From Lama glama (lineage: Eukaryota), in the NCBI GenBank assembly GCA_028534125.1, contig CM052817.1, positions 28,894,001-28,958,000 of the forward strand: a stretch of DNA of 64,000 bases. The letters are read 5' to 3'. Every line of letters begins with the position of its first letter. Positions within the stretch are counted from its first letter, which is position 1. The translations under genes and the position numbers were made by a program. Below the pieces are notes generated by a model, which was not told where the DNA came from, ran no database searches, and saw only the letters and a program-made list of their open reading frames with translations. Shown here piece by piece: positions 41,301-55,199 of the stretch.

Positions 41301-42524
41301 CCAGTCATAACATGTCTCTAATCACCCAACACACAGCTTCCCTAATTAAATCAATAAACATTTGCTAAGTGATGATTTGGTGCCAGACACAGTGTGAAGC
41401 TTCACTGAGTAAGGCGTGGAAAGTAAACCTAATTTTAAAAAATCACCCTCTCTAACTAAAGAAATCGCCAGTTTTAATTTTGTTTAAAAACCCAGACTAG
41501 TACATACCACTCTTTACTACTTCAATCAAGACACAGTGTCAGACACAGTGTGAGACTTCACAGGAAAGGGAGAGCAGATCTAATGTGAAATTATCCCCTT
41601 AACTTGATTGGCAAGAAAAAAAAAATCTGCATCAGGTTTCACAGTGAATTTCTCTGGGGATTTAAAGTCACCTAGTAATTGCTGTCATTCATGAGCTTTT
41701 GTGGGATTATTTATTACACTGTACAAGCATTTCTGTTGCCTGTACTTTTTTTCCATCTTCCCTATATCTTGCACTCCCCTGACTTAAATTCACATTCCCG
41801 TGCCAGGCGAAAGTTATTTGTCTGGCAAGTGGCTGGGGTAGAGCCCTCGGCTTGTATCTCACCTGTTAGGAGAGGGAGACAGCACCTTAATCAGCTTTTC
41901 CTCCTAGTTTATCTCAAGGCAATTTATGTGCTGATTCTACTGGTTCAATTTATACCGGACAACTCAACTGAGGGTCTAAAAACACCTGACACGTATCATC
42001 TCATTTATACTGAAATCATTCTTCAGATGAGAGATGAGAACATAACCTCAAAGTATTTAAGTGACTGTCATGAAATCAATAACTTAAAAGTGACAGAGGC
42101 AAAAGGCTAGCCAAAGTCCTCTGATTTTCTCTAATGTTTGCCAGAATCCGTATGCACTTCAGCATTACTAGCCTACAGCTGTCGAACCATTTAGCAGATA
42201 CTCATTTCTCCTAGACTCAAACATGCATATTTTGAAATCACATACTTCCACAATATCTATATTCCTCAGGTATATATATTGTTTTATTTTCCAGGCTGAC
42301 ATCCTACTCTTTATACTTGTTCCTCACTGATGGCTTGCACTGAAATGATGCGATTAAAATTACTAGGCTCCTTTCTATCATACACACATTAGTACATAAA
42401 AGAATTCCCATAAGAGGAGTTATGCAACGATGTCTTCGTACACTATGTATGCATATGAATATTTGCAGGCATTTTAGCAAAAAGTACTGTCTTTCAGATG
42501 TTCTTCTCAAAGTCACACGAGGCA

Positions 42525-42950
42525 CAGGGTGTGCAGGTCACATCAGACAGGCCTGCTATAAACTAGCACGACGAGGCTAGAGACCTGTAAACCAAATTTC
42601 CTGATTCCACTGAGAGGGCTTCTAGATGGATCCGTGTTGCATGAATCAGTTGTCCTCTGACAGACTTTGATTCAGAACTCAGGGGAGGCAGGGAGCGGGG
42701 CATCAGGGCATGCAGGGGAAGGAGTCTGCAGCTGCGCTGGCAGATTCTCGGTCTGAGTTCGCTGATTGTGGCAAAGCCCATCAGTGGCCAGTCCTCCAGA
42801 GTGGCTAGAAATCTTGCCTCCTGGAGTCTAATTCTTCGGTCCTTCCCCTATGATTCTGTGAGACATCATGTGGATCCTTAACAAATCCCTTTCAGCTTAA
42901 ACTAACTAGAGAGCGTATGGTTTTATGCAGCTGATAAACGTAACTTAGAC
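42525..42950 (+). mobile_element. LTR33-like ERVL-class LTR (putative 5' LTR)
   Basis: gattctgtgag...aacaaatccctttcagcttaaactaactagag 3' motif; homologous to 45130-45520. Confidence 0.6.
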
Positions 42951-44350
42951 TAGAGAATGTGCCTCTTGTTGTAATTAAAAAAACCTAAACTATGACACTG
43001 GTTTAATGTAGCAGGAAAGCAGTCAGGTGGTTGGACACAGGATAAAGATGTTGCAAATGAAAACACAGGCAACGACCGTTATGTGACGGAGACCATTTGG
43101 TCCAATTATGCTACATTGGTACCTTAGAAGGTAGATATATGCCAATGACAGCCATAGCATGAGATAAAATGTAGGAAATGTCAGAATATTCATGTGTAGT
43201 ATTGGTTTCCTGCCACTTTCCACAAAATCTTAGAGGAAAGACCCACCTAGCAAACCTTCCAGAAGAGAGAGAAAAGAACACAGCTTTTCTAAAGGAGGCA
43301 CCCTCTTCTCCCTTTCCCTGAAAGACAAGTTGAAGGGCAGTTCCACAATCTGGAAAATTATGGATTTAACAAATCCAGCTAATTCTACACCACAAACGAA
43401 AGTAGTTAAAAGTTGTAGCTACATAACTGCAAGTCATCTACCACGGACTTAATGGGCTGTGTCAAAGGGGCACGAAGTCTCTCACCGGTCAAAGGAGAGA
43501 GGTACAACTCTTCCACACAAGGGTGGCCGCCCTGCTGACGAAGCTGGCCCCATCCTCCTAGACCACCAATTTAACAGAGGGGGAAATGAGTGATTCACAG
43601 AGCCCACAAAAGAAAGAGTCTTCAGGCCTAAAAGTGACACAACACAAGATTTTCTTTGCTCTTAATCCACTCATGAAACTGACCAAAAGTGCACTACAAT
43701 TTTGAAGGAATTCTTTTGCCAAAGGAACTGAAAGACTGGCCAGCAATAGGCTCGGCTATTTAACCCTGAAGCCCAACCTGCAAGCCCCTGCATCTGAAAA
43801 GTTAGCAATGAACTGCGAAATCTGTGCAGCTACAAAAAGGGTGTACTGCCCAACGTGGGCCTCAGATGTGGCCACAGAGGACAATTAACAGGAAAGAATC
43901 TCCCAGAAGGGAAAGGGAAAGAAAGGGACCATAAAGGACAATAGGCAGAACCAGGTGCTGCCAGAGAGGTTTAACAAGGAATTCACTCCGTTGCCAATAA
44001 AGGGAGTCTCTACTGTCTGCAAGGTGGGACTTGCTGTGGACCTCAGGTGCTGTGCGTTTCCCATTCTCCCACTTTTAGAACAAAAGCCCTTTCAGTCAAG
44101 TCATCCTACTCCTATTTGACATGTTTACTGAGTGCACTGAGGACAAATAATTTATAAATTAATATACTAACTCAAAGCTGACCGTCCCACATGGAGTCAC
44201 ATTCGGACCTAACACAACGTACGGTACATCACCCAAAGATGGAGGCAGGGCTGGTGAGACCTTGGGTCTCTTCTCTGTGAGGATGGCCAGGAAAATACTC
44301 ATTTGCATGAGGGGCAATTTCATCAAGTTAAGCAGGAGCATCGCTGGTGA
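42951..44350 (+). mobile_element. MaLR-like internal region
   Basis: Start tgttgtaattaaaaaaacctaaactatg and end gagaccttggg...catttgcatgagggg resemble MLT1-int termini. Confidence 0.5.
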
Positions 44351-44399
44351 TACCACTGCTGTGGTTTAATGGAAAAAGAAAGTGGCCAAAGAGATAGAC

Positions 44400-45125
44400 T
44401 GTAATGAATCTTCTTGAAAGGCTTACTCAAATCTTTCCAATACACTTCTAATTGACAATGACTGAAGAGCCAGAAACTATATTCCCATCATCAGTAATTA
44501 GAGAGATGAAATTTAAAACAACAATGAAATATTTTTCATCTATTTTTGCAACACTTAGAAAACAGAATTTTGCCAAGTGTTGGCAGGAAAATGGAGATGA
44601 TGGAATCCTCAAGAACTGCTCTTAGAAGTGAAGACCGGAGCACTGACTTGGGAGAGCGATCCGACGGTACTTCATCAAATGAAGTCTGTGCCTCTCCAAT
44701 GACCTGGTAATCTCCCCCTCACCCCGCCTTGAGGTATATTTCAAAGAATTCTCACACAGGTCAACAGTGAAGTTGGCCATGATCAGGTTGAAGGCAATCT
44801 GAGTGTAGATCAACGGGGGAGAGGTTACTTAGGTAAAATGTACACCAGAAGTAACCTGCAGCAGTCAGAAATAACCAATTAGCTTAGGTGGGCGTGTGAA
44901 AATGAGATCTTAATGAAAAAATCACAAATGTGTAAATTAACAACATAAGAAAAATAAAACAATATACATTTTCAGGAATACATAAATATAAGGATACACA
45001 TTAAATACATTAGAATGGTGTTTATGGGGTGAAGTGGTAAAAATTGAATGGTTTAAATTTTTTTATAATAATAAAAATAATAAATAAGCTTACTCAGACC
45101 GATGCTGATGATGTGCCATGAAGAT
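44400..45125 (+). mobile_element. Old L1 (L1ME-like) ORF2 end + 3' UTR
   Basis: cagtaattagagagatgaaatttaaaacaacaatgaaata...gccaagtgttggcaggaaaatggag. Confidence 0.7.
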
Positions 45126-45129
45126 TTGT

Positions 45130-45520
45130 TACTACTGCTTCTGGTTTTAAAGCTACATTTCCTACACTCTCTTACAGCTAGGGTTCCATATGTGACTCAG
45201 GTTGCACGACCAGACACTTGTGAACTGAGGAGTAAGGGGAGACTGGCAGTTTGCTGGTGACCTTACTTTCCCTGTTACAGATCACGGCAGAGGTTATGTG
45301 GCTAGACTCTGCAGCTGCATGGCAGTTGCCTAATTCTGAGCTCCCACATCACTGCAAGGCAGCACCACCCGTAGCAACCGTATTTCTGTGGTGTGGGTGG
45401 GAATCACTCCTGGAAGCTCAGACCTCCCGAACATCTGTGAGCTATTGGCATTATACTTCAAATGTCTTTTCCGGTTGGAATGATCGAGAATGGAGTCTGT
45501 TGTCTGAAAAAACACAGGGA
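45130..45520 (+). mobile_element. LTR33-like LTR (putative 3' LTR)
   Basis: aaagctacatttcctacactctcttacagctagggttcc...tctgtgagcta...gagtctgttgtctg. Confidence 0.6.
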
Positions 45521-45583
45521 GTTTTAAAACCAGTGTATTTCCAACTTTTCCCAGATTTGTTACAAAATAGAGTTTGAAATGAC

Positions 45584-46067
45584 TGCAGCACTTTGCTGGG
45601 GCTGCCATAACAAAGTACCACGTACTGGATGGCTTAAACAACAGAATTGTATTATCTCACAGTTCTGGAAGCTAGATGTCGGAGATCAAGGTGTTGGAAG
45701 GTTTAGTTCTCCCTGAGGGATGTGAGGAAGAATCCATTCCATGCTCCTCTCCTTGCATCTGTGGGTTTGCTGACGATCCGGAGCATTCCTTTGCCTGTAG
45801 ATGTGTCAGCGTGAGCTCCACCTTCGTGCTCACGTGGTGATCTCCCAGTGTGGGTGCACATCTGTTATCTCTATGTCCAAAATTTCTCCTTTTTATAAGG
45901 ACACCAGTCACACTGGATTAGGCCCACCCTAATGATCTCATTCTAAATTGATCACCTCTGTAAAGACCCTGTTTTCATATACAGTCAGATTCTGAGGTGC
46001 TAGAGGTTAGGGCATCAACATACCTTTGGGCTGGAAAGGGGCAGGGGGCACAATTTAACCCATAAAA
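45584..46067 (-). mobile_element. MLT1C-like solo LTR
   Basis: gggctgccataacaaagtaccac...ctcacagttctggaagctag...ataaggacaccagtca...cacaatttaacccata. Confidence 0.9.
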
Positions 46068-47065
46068 TACTGCATATACTTTAACGTAAATTACAGCTAT
46101 TAGTCTCTAGGCTCTGGTGCTTGTACTAAAACTGTGATGTAATTCTGCTATCCCTTTTTTTCAGTTTTACCAAATACTGGGTATTACAGAGCTTCACAGT
46201 ATGCATGCTAAGTACCAAATTACAATAATGATAAATATGGCTTGATAGTGTCAGCTATAAAGCAGACAGCTTGAAATAACCACTAAGTTTGCTTTACAAT
46301 CCAAACACGCTAACACAGAAAGTAAAAAATGAAATATTCTAATAGTTCTTGCATGCCTTAGAAACATATCAGTCCAGCAGAAGAAATGCAAATGATTACA
46401 CAAAGCTACAGAAACTTCAATGCTGGACTTCTTAACTTATTTATTCATGGCTCCATTTACCAGCAACATGAACAATCATTTACAAGTTCCAAATCTCCTT
46501 GCTACAAATCAAACATATATCTTTTTATTGCCACTGTCTGTGAAACAGGCTGAATCAACCCATCACAGGTCTACTTAACAGAAATGAAAAGGAGTACCTC
46601 ATAACCATTTCAAATTCGAATTTAATCTTAATTATAGAATACTTCTCAAAGGTAACCAGGAAAAGTCTCTAATTTTGACTTAAGAATTTCTTCATGGAGA
46701 ATAGGAAACCTCAACAAATGTTTCATTAACATCGATATACTAACACATTCTCTTTAACAAATGACAGTCCAACACACTGAAATAAGAACAAATATCCTAT
46801 TTTTACTCATCACAGATTACTTTAAACATATTAGTTATAGAGTAATATGTAAAAGTTCATAGACGTAAGATAAAAAAGAACAATTTCCACCATTTTCTAC
46901 ATGAAAAATGAAGTCCAGTAAAGTGAAGTTAGCACAAAATAAAACAAATCTGCATACTAATGAAGGTTAAGACTATAGCCCAAAGACTTCTACTGCCAAA
47001 TCTTTCTTTTTTATTCTAAGTCAAGATCAACATCAGAAAGACCTATCCTTAATTTAGGAATTTAC

Positions 47066-47302
47066 ATTAGGGGTTTGGGATTAACAGATACACATTACTA
47101 TATATAAAACAGATAAACAACAAGGACCTACTGCATAGCACAGGGAGCTATATTCAATTTCTTGTAATAACATATAATGGAAAAGAATCTGAAAGATATA
47201 TGTATGTATATGTATAACTGAATCACTTTGTTGTACACTTGAGACTAACATTGTAAACTACACTTCAATAAAAACAAAATTTTTAATGCAATAAAAAAAA
47301 AT
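47066..47302 (+). mobile_element. Short L1 3' end (cetartiodactyl type)
   Basis: gggattaacagatacac...aaacaacaaggacctactgcatagcacaggg...tataactgaatcactttg...cttcaataaaa + A-rich tail. Confidence 0.9.
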
Positions 47303-47686
47303 AAGAGCCAAATAAAGGACTCATCCCAAAAATCACTGTTTAAGATTACACCAATAATTTCTAATCACCATGCCTACTTCCTCCTGTGGCTCACTATAAA
47401 GTAAGTTGTCACTGTAGCAAGTTCTCCGTATCAAAAACAGAAGTCACTTTAGAATTATATGAATGAGTCCTTACCCTCCACCTGCAAAGAAATGCAGCTT
47501 CCGCCAACCAAAGGAAAAGAGGTCAAAACGTTGGAGAATTACTTCTGAATGGCTGCCAGCATCTCCCTTAGAGCTCCATGCTTTCTTCAAATATCTGGAT
47601 TTCTAGTAACTAGAAACCTTATATTCAAAATGTGTACAGTGCTTTCAATAGGAGCTGATTGAGTCGAAAACTAACAGTTTTCCTAA

Positions 47687-47731
47687 AATTATAGAGATCT
47701 GTATTTGAATTATAGAGATCTGTATTTGAAT
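47687..47731. repeat. Perfect 21-bp tandem duplication
   Basis: aattatagagatctgtatttg x2 (47687-47707, 47708-47728) plus aat. Confidence 0.92.
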
Positions 47732-48073
47732 CTAGCCTGAAACTTGGCCAAATGCCCAAACTCTAAGCAATGTTTGAGCCCCCGGCCCTGCGACAATTTG
47801 TTCTCTTGCATAAAACTGCTGAAAATTAAAGCTAAAAGCTTTGATCAGAAATACAGACATAAAATGTGATTAAGAGGTGCTTTGCCTAAATTCACCCCAT
47901 AGTTTGAGAAAAAAAAACCACTGAATACTAGTATTACTGTTAATTGTGTCAAAATTGACCAAGGTAGAGCATGAGACATGGAAGGAAGCATTTTTCCCCC
48001 AAACAATAAAGAACAAACTAGAATAAACTTATTTTAATCATGTTACAATTAACTTTATACTTAGAAGGTCAAT

Positions 48074-48573
48074 NNNNNNNNNNNNNNNNNNNNNNNNNNN
48101 NNNNNNNNNNNNNNNNNNNNNNNNNNNNNNNNNNNNNNNNNNNNNNNNNNNNNNNNNNNNNNNNNNNNNNNNNNNNNNNNNNNNNNNNNNNNNNNNNNNN
48201 NNNNNNNNNNNNNNNNNNNNNNNNNNNNNNNNNNNNNNNNNNNNNNNNNNNNNNNNNNNNNNNNNNNNNNNNNNNNNNNNNNNNNNNNNNNNNNNNNNNN
48301 NNNNNNNNNNNNNNNNNNNNNNNNNNNNNNNNNNNNNNNNNNNNNNNNNNNNNNNNNNNNNNNNNNNNNNNNNNNNNNNNNNNNNNNNNNNNNNNNNNNN
48401 NNNNNNNNNNNNNNNNNNNNNNNNNNNNNNNNNNNNNNNNNNNNNNNNNNNNNNNNNNNNNNNNNNNNNNNNNNNNNNNNNNNNNNNNNNNNNNNNNNNN
48501 NNNNNNNNNNNNNNNNNNNNNNNNNNNNNNNNNNNNNNNNNNNNNNNNNNNNNNNNNNNNNNNNNNNNNNNNN
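48074..48573. other. Assembly gap (500 N)
   Basis: Run of exactly 500 N; the round number suggests a placeholder size. Confidence 0.99.
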
Positions 48574-49072
48574 TGTATGTTTATAATCCTAACAACTTCA
48601 CGTATAACATTATTTTAATCTGTCTCACATTTTAGTTAACATTTCACTGATTTTCATTCTTTATATAGGTGTCCGTTCAACATCATCTCATGTCATTACT
48701 CTGCCTCTTGTTAACACGCCAAGTAATGCCTCTCTAACATAACCCACTATTATATAAAGCTTACTGTGATCACCTTAAATGTAGGGTCTCTTTTCATTCA
48801 CACTTGCATGTCTTGTACCAAGCTATAGCCCAAGAATAGGTTCAATAGGTGCAATTTAAATTGAAGTAAAAATAAATCTCAATTCAGCAACTATTTTGAT
48901 AGAAACTCCATATCTCTGGTTCACTTGTTAATCTGCACTTTCCTTCAAAATAAAGAAATATTTACTGAGTTCTTAATGTGGTACTAGCCACTGCACTGGG
49001 GACTGAGAATACAAAAGTGAGACTTGGTGCCAACTCTCAAGGAAAAAGTAGGCCAGTGTGGAAGGCCAACAT

Positions 49073-49790
49073 GAAAAGAGATAGTTCTACGATCCAGCAA
49101 TCCCACTCTGGATATACACCTAAAGGAAACAAAGACAAGGACATCTAAATGACATCTGCACTCCATGTTTATTGCAGCATTATACACAATAGCCGAGAAA
49201 AAGAAACAACCTAAGTGCCCCCTCAACAAATGAATGACTAAAGAGGGTGCAGTGTATACATACAATGGACTATTACTCAGTCATAATGAAGAAGAACATC
49301 CTGCCATTTGCAAGAAGACAGATGGACCTTGAGGCATTATGCTAGGTAGAAAGAAAAATAGTCAGACAGAACAAGACAAATACTATATGATATAATTTAT
49401 ACGCAGAATCCAAAAACACCAAGCTCATAGAAACAGAGTAGAATGGTAGTTACCAGGGGCTGAAGAGGGGCAGAGGAAAGGAGGAGATGATGGTCAAAGG
49501 GTACAAACTTCCATATGAATAGTTCTGGGGATCTAACCCACAGCATTGTGATTACAGTTTAAAACATGGTACTATACTGCACTACACTGTACTTGAAAGT
49601 TGCTAAAAGAGTAGATCTTAAATGTTCTCACCACGGAAAAAAGACATTGTAATTATGTGAGAAATGGAAGTGTTAGCTAACACTACAGTGGTAATCAAAT
49701 TGCAATACATAAGTGTATCAAATCAACACATCATTAACTTACAAAATGTTATATGTCAATTATTTCTCAATAAAGCTACGGAAAAAAATA
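49073..49790 (+). mobile_element. L1MA9/10-like 3' end
   Basis: gatccagcaatcccactctggatata...gagtagatcttaaatgttctcaccac...gttatatgtcaattatttctcaataaagct. Confidence 0.88.
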
Positions 49791-50894
49791 GGGATATAAC
49801 AAGACAGAAAAAAAAAAAGAGAGAGAGAGAGACAGTTACATATTGTAGGAAATGCAATGAGGGCCCTATGCGTAGTGTGCTCTGAAGAGACAGGTAAGTG
49901 CGGAGGTTAAATGCAGAGGATTTGACAGCAAGAGGTCAGTATGACATGACTATGATCCCAGCAGGCACATTAAAAAACTAGTGAGTTAAGAAATAAACTT
50001 GTAAGCAGTATAAGCTCAGAATAAAACACCTCATAAAGTACAAAATACAACTAAACTTACAGGATAATTAGGTTTCATGAAACTCTCACAAAAATGAATG
50101 ACAAGAAGTGTTCAGACCGAAGGCACAGGGCACCTAGATTCAAGTCTGCAGCTGGAGGTCTGTTACCCTGAGAACTTATAAAGGGGTTAATTCACCTATC
50201 AGAGTGACTTAGAAATCCTGTAAATAAAGTTAGTCTCATGTTTAGGTAAGTACTTAAAAACCTCTTTTGGTGTAGCCTCCCACAACTAAAAGAATGAACT
50301 CCATTAAAGAAGCCACTGTCTTGCAGGATTGTGGCTGCTCAGAGCTGACAATAACCTGCAGTTAATTCAAAAGAGGCTTTAAAAATAATATCCGTAATTA
50401 AATATAGATTGAAGGGTTACCTAAAACATTACTTTCCAAGTTCTTCAAATTTATAGATGTACTTCCACAACACTCTAAGGCTTTAAAAACAGCAAAAACT
50501 AATCCCAATACTAAGAAGGTATTTGATACTTTTTCAGCCTAATTATAGCAAGTATATAATTTAAAAGCATTAACCAAGATTTAGGACCAATAGACTATAT
50601 ATAATTAACAAAATTGATTTCAACTAAAACCCCCTCTTCATTTTGTCACCTTCTAAGAACACATAAAAAATGTGTTCTATTACGTGGGGTAAAATGAACT
50701 TTCCGCAGAAGACTAGCTTAGCACTGTTTAGCTTTGTCAGTCTATCAAACCTATAGATATTTCTTGTTCCCCTAAAAGAAAAATAAATTGAATCAAACGA
50801 TTTTATTTTCTTTAATTTTAAAAATACCCATGAACATGGCAGCCTTAGTCAATGAAAGTTAACTCTTTCATCAAGTAAAGACACCAAACATATA

Positions 50895-51098
50895 TAGCTG
50901 ACTCTACAACAAGGTGGGGGTTAGGGGCCACTGACCTCTGCTCGGTGGAAAATCTGGTTATAACTTTATAGTTGGCCTTTGTGTTGGAGGTTCTGCAACT
51001 TCTGATTCAACCAACCGCAATATATATTATCTGGGAAAAAAAATCTGCTTATAGGTGGACCCTTGCAGTTCGAGCCCAGGTTGTTCAGGTTGTTACTA
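50895..51098. mobile_element. TcMar-Tigger MITE (MER8/Tigger2-like)
   Basis: acaacaaggtgggggttagggg...aaaatctgcttataggtggacccttgcagttcgagcccaggttgttca; TA on both flanks. Confidence 0.75.
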
Positions 51099-51254
51099 TA
51101 TTCTTATGGAAATTTAACATAGATTAAGAAATATTAAGTTCATTCATATACAGCTCACACCACCAATTTTTGCTTGTAGAGCTAAGTAAAGTACTTCAGT
51201 ACACACTGAAGTATATTGGTAAATTGTATGAAACAGGCATTATTTTTAAATATT

Positions 51255-51470
51255 TCAGAGTAAGGGCTTGGGAATAAGACAGAACTATTCAAATTCCAGC
51301 TCAGCCCCATACCAGCTCTGTGACCTGAAGATGTTGCCTAACCTCTCCAGAGTTTTCTAACTAAAGTAGCAAGGAACTAATGCTAAGCTAAAGGAATGCC
51401 AGAGAAGTAAACAAAGCAATGCTATAAAACATTTATCACAAAATTAGGTACGTAGTAAATGTTTTTTTTA
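51255..51470 (+). mobile_element. MIR SINE
   Basis: ttcaaattccagctcagcc...cagctctgtgacct...cctaacctctc. Confidence 0.65.
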
Positions 51471-53019
51471 TTACACATACTATATTTTGAAAAAAAATCA
51501 ACTCTTTTCTAAGCTTACAGGGAGAAAGTTCAACAGCAATATTTACTTACAATAACATCTGTGGCAAGGACATGTATTATACTTTAAGATGTCAATAAAA
51601 AATTCAATATCTTGGGGAAAATATGACTAAATGTATAACTGCTTTAAATGTATACAACAAAACACAACAAAGATGGCATGCAGACCATCGACATAGTATC
51701 ACCATAACGTTAAAAAAGTATGCTTGTCATCTTCATATGCTTAGAACAAAGATTAGGGGGAAATGAGTCAAGATTTTATTAGCAATTACTCGTGATGATT
51801 TTCTTTTAATTCCACTTTTTTCTTATAAAATTCCTAAAACTGCATATATTAGCTTCATTATCAAAAATGGTGGCTTCTGAATGACAAGTTGAAAATCATT
51901 TTCACATTTTAAACTATCTGACCCAATAACGTATCAAGAGGATAGATAATAATTAGTGCTAATTTTGTAAATTTTATACATCTTTTTTCCCAAAGAGATT
52001 TCTTTTTTTTTTAAGTAAGGCATACTCCCACACTCACACACACAGATGCACACACATTCTGAGTTCTAGCACTCTAAGCTACAAAAGAGAAAGAACTTCA
52101 CCAAGTAAAACTTGTAGTGCCATTCAGTCTTTTAGCTTCATTGTGTGCTTAAGGATTGACCACATGAAGCTGTAGAAAGGCTGGCAGGGAAAGATACAGC
52201 CCTGACACTATTTAAAAAGATCAAGTTTAGAGACAGTACTAGGCCAGGTATAAAAGTTTAATGCCCTTGCACAGCAGCCAATGCCATGGCATAGCCTCCA
52301 AACCTTTTGCCTCCAAGGTTTTTGTCATTTTCTGTTTGCTTTATTATTGCAATTATTTGCATGAAATAAGAATCCCAGTGTTTTAGAAAGTTGTCTACTC
52401 CCTGTTGATTCAAACGTTATTCAGCTATGTGTTTGCAGAAGAAATTTCCCCATGATAATTATAAAAATAACTAGCAAGTCTCCAGGAGGATAAGAGTCAA
52501 CTTAAAAAAAAAAAAAAACCAAGGTTCTTTTCCATAAATCAGTGTTTGGTGATAAAAGTAGAAGTATTTTTAGACTAGAAAACAATATATCATTTTAAAG
52601 ACATGCATCTAAATAGAATGATCGTTTAAAAGATGCTTCTTGGGAAGTTTTTAATGCAACAGGCCTGCTAACATAGGACTGAATAGTTGTCTGAAAGTTT
52701 TCAACTCAACTAGCTTTCTCCAACCCAACACGGTGAAATAAATCAGAATAAATCTGAAAGAGTGGATATAAAAATCCATTAAGACAAAGTAGAATTCACA
52801 GCCCAGTTCAGTAATAGTATTAATTCCTAGATCTTGCACTCTCATACATCACAACAAGAAAGGATACACCAAATTTAAGGAATATCAAGTGTGTCCTAGA
52901 GGAATGCATACTTTCACACCACATATTATTCAAGCAACAAATAGAATGCAAAACTCAAAGCACTATAAAAGAAGAGCAATGAATCAGTACTAGCTTTCTG
53001 TGAACACAGATTATGAGAA

Positions 53020-53044
53020 ATATATATATATATATATATATATA
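53020..53044. repeat. (AT)n microsatellite
   Basis: atatatatatatatatatatatata. Confidence 0.9.
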
Positions 53045-53819
53045 AATGCCCATTTTAATTATGGGTAGTCTACGTGTCACATTCCAAGCAGATATCTATT
53101 GTCTATGTGATATAATGCCAACATAAAATGCCCTTTTTGTCTCTTAGATATTGCTAAAAACAGCCACAATTGCACTTCACAGACACCCCACAAAAGAAAA
53201 AAGAAAGCACAATAAATCACTGTTTTCCTTCAAGAAAGGACAATCCATCTTCAGGATTAGAAGAGTAACATGGAACTTACTAGTACTAGTATATGTTGCA
53301 GAGTCTAAAACTCTTGATAAAACAATGAGTTATGACCGATAATAGATACATACATCCATGTAGCCAAATGGAGCTGGTATGAAATCTTTAATAGCCTGCA
53401 TATAGCCTTCAGTGTTAGAACCCAATTTGGATACAAGCACTTAAGGAGATCCGAATCTCGCTCAGTGTTTGTCAGAAAACTGCCACAGTTTCATTTCCTA
53501 ATGGAGAGGATTAAAACACTTCTTGGCCCTAAATTAGAAAAAGGTTCTGTTGGAGTCGATCCAAAAGAATTAACTAGAGTGTGACTGGCAAACCCGGGTG
53601 ACTGAAAAATACAAGTTTGAGGAAAGAATTTGGTTATTAAATTGGTTATTTTAAACTTCTGAAAGTTTATTATGTAATCATTTAATTGCAAAATAATTTT
53701 CAAATTAATTTTACAACCAAATCAACTGTACTTACTAGAAAACAAAATTTAAATGTAATGCTGACAAGAAAAATAAAGTCTTTATTACTTAACGATTGTA
53801 ACAGTTAACATTTTTTAAG

Positions 53820-53990
53820 CTTTCGTTACAGGTCAAGCACTGGTCTAAGCACTTTACATGTATTCTCAAATCCTAAAAAATTTGTACTATAATAACCTCC
53901 ATTGCACAGGTGAGGAAACTGAAACACAGAACAAGTAAATAATTTAACCAAGACCACACATTTGACAAATAGCAGTGTCTGGTATTACTC
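53820..53990 (-). mobile_element. MIR SINE
   Basis: ctaagcactttacatgtattctca...acaggtgaggaaactgaaacacaga...ccaagaccacac. Confidence 0.8.
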
Positions 53991-55199
53991 AACCATTTGC
54001 CACTCTCCTCCCATCTATATAGAAATTCAGTGGCAAAGAAGGGGAGGGGGGAAGAGTGAGGAGCTGAAATTGATGTTTAAGTATATAAATTCCAATTCTA
54101 TAGTTTTCAGAGCAGTTTCAAACTACTAAGGCTACATGTAGCCTGAATTGTAAAAGATGTTAACACAACTAATCCACTTTATACATAAAATATTTGTTGA
54201 AAGAACTGCGTCAACGGGGAAATAAAAGATAATAAGGACTTCCATGTATCTAAATCAGTGGACAAACAAGTTCATCCAATAATTTTGTTTTTATGAATAC
54301 TATCAATAGTCTTTTTAAATAGAGACTGCCAAACAAGATAATTACACTCTGTATACTTAACATTATCACCTACACTAAATAGGCTGGGAATACAAATATT
54401 TTATAGTGCATTTTCAGTTGCCAAAATTAAAAGGAATCCCATCCAAAATAATTTGTGAAAATATACTGCAAGCTATACAAAACATAAAATAAATGTATGC
54501 ATAACAGTGTTCAGAGTAAACTTTATATCACAAATGGAAGGTGGCAACTACGTTTGGTTGGTCGTTGACTGGAATACCACTTCAAAAGAACCACACAGGA
54601 TAATCAGTGAAGATGGCTATGAGTTGCTCCCTTAAATTTCTGGGACTTTTATGAATGAATCTCAGAGCTCATTAGTTATGTGAGTAGCAAGTGGTTATTC
54701 ATAATGTAAATATTTTATTTTGTTTACAGTTCTAGTTCCACAAGTGAAATCTCCTGGATTCCAAATATCTCTCAGATTATCTTATGAGTTAAATTAGCTG
54801 AGGTTCCAACTTGAGTATACTACCTTATGAGCATTTTTTCATAGTTTAGAGACAATTTGTCTTATCTCTTTATAATCAAAATAATGAACATTTTCAAGTC
54901 CACAAGTTTCTAGGGGACAAAGAAAGACCAAAACTGTGAAAGACTCCAAATGCAAGAATCTTAACTGCAGAACACTTATGCTTATATCTTCTCTAACAAA
55001 AATCACTAACCACACAAAAAAGTCAAAAGTTCATTTCATCTCATCTTCTGAAATGCCTGGAAATATGTCCATGTTGAAATGACATAAATGTTTAAGATCT
55101 AAAGTGTTAATAAAGGTTCTTTCCTTTAGGTGGCTTTTCTGACTATCGATCCTTTTACTGTGTAACAAATACTTTCATATAATTAAGACAATTAGATTT

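Noticed and set aside
41388..41646. Cluster of CACAGTG heptamers resembling V(D)J recombination signals
   Set aside because: No ACAAAAACC-like nonamer at 12 or 23 spacing where I checked, no antigen-receptor segments, and the local duplication explains most copies.
48040..48618. 192-aa ORF
   Set aside because: Artefact of translating through the N gap.
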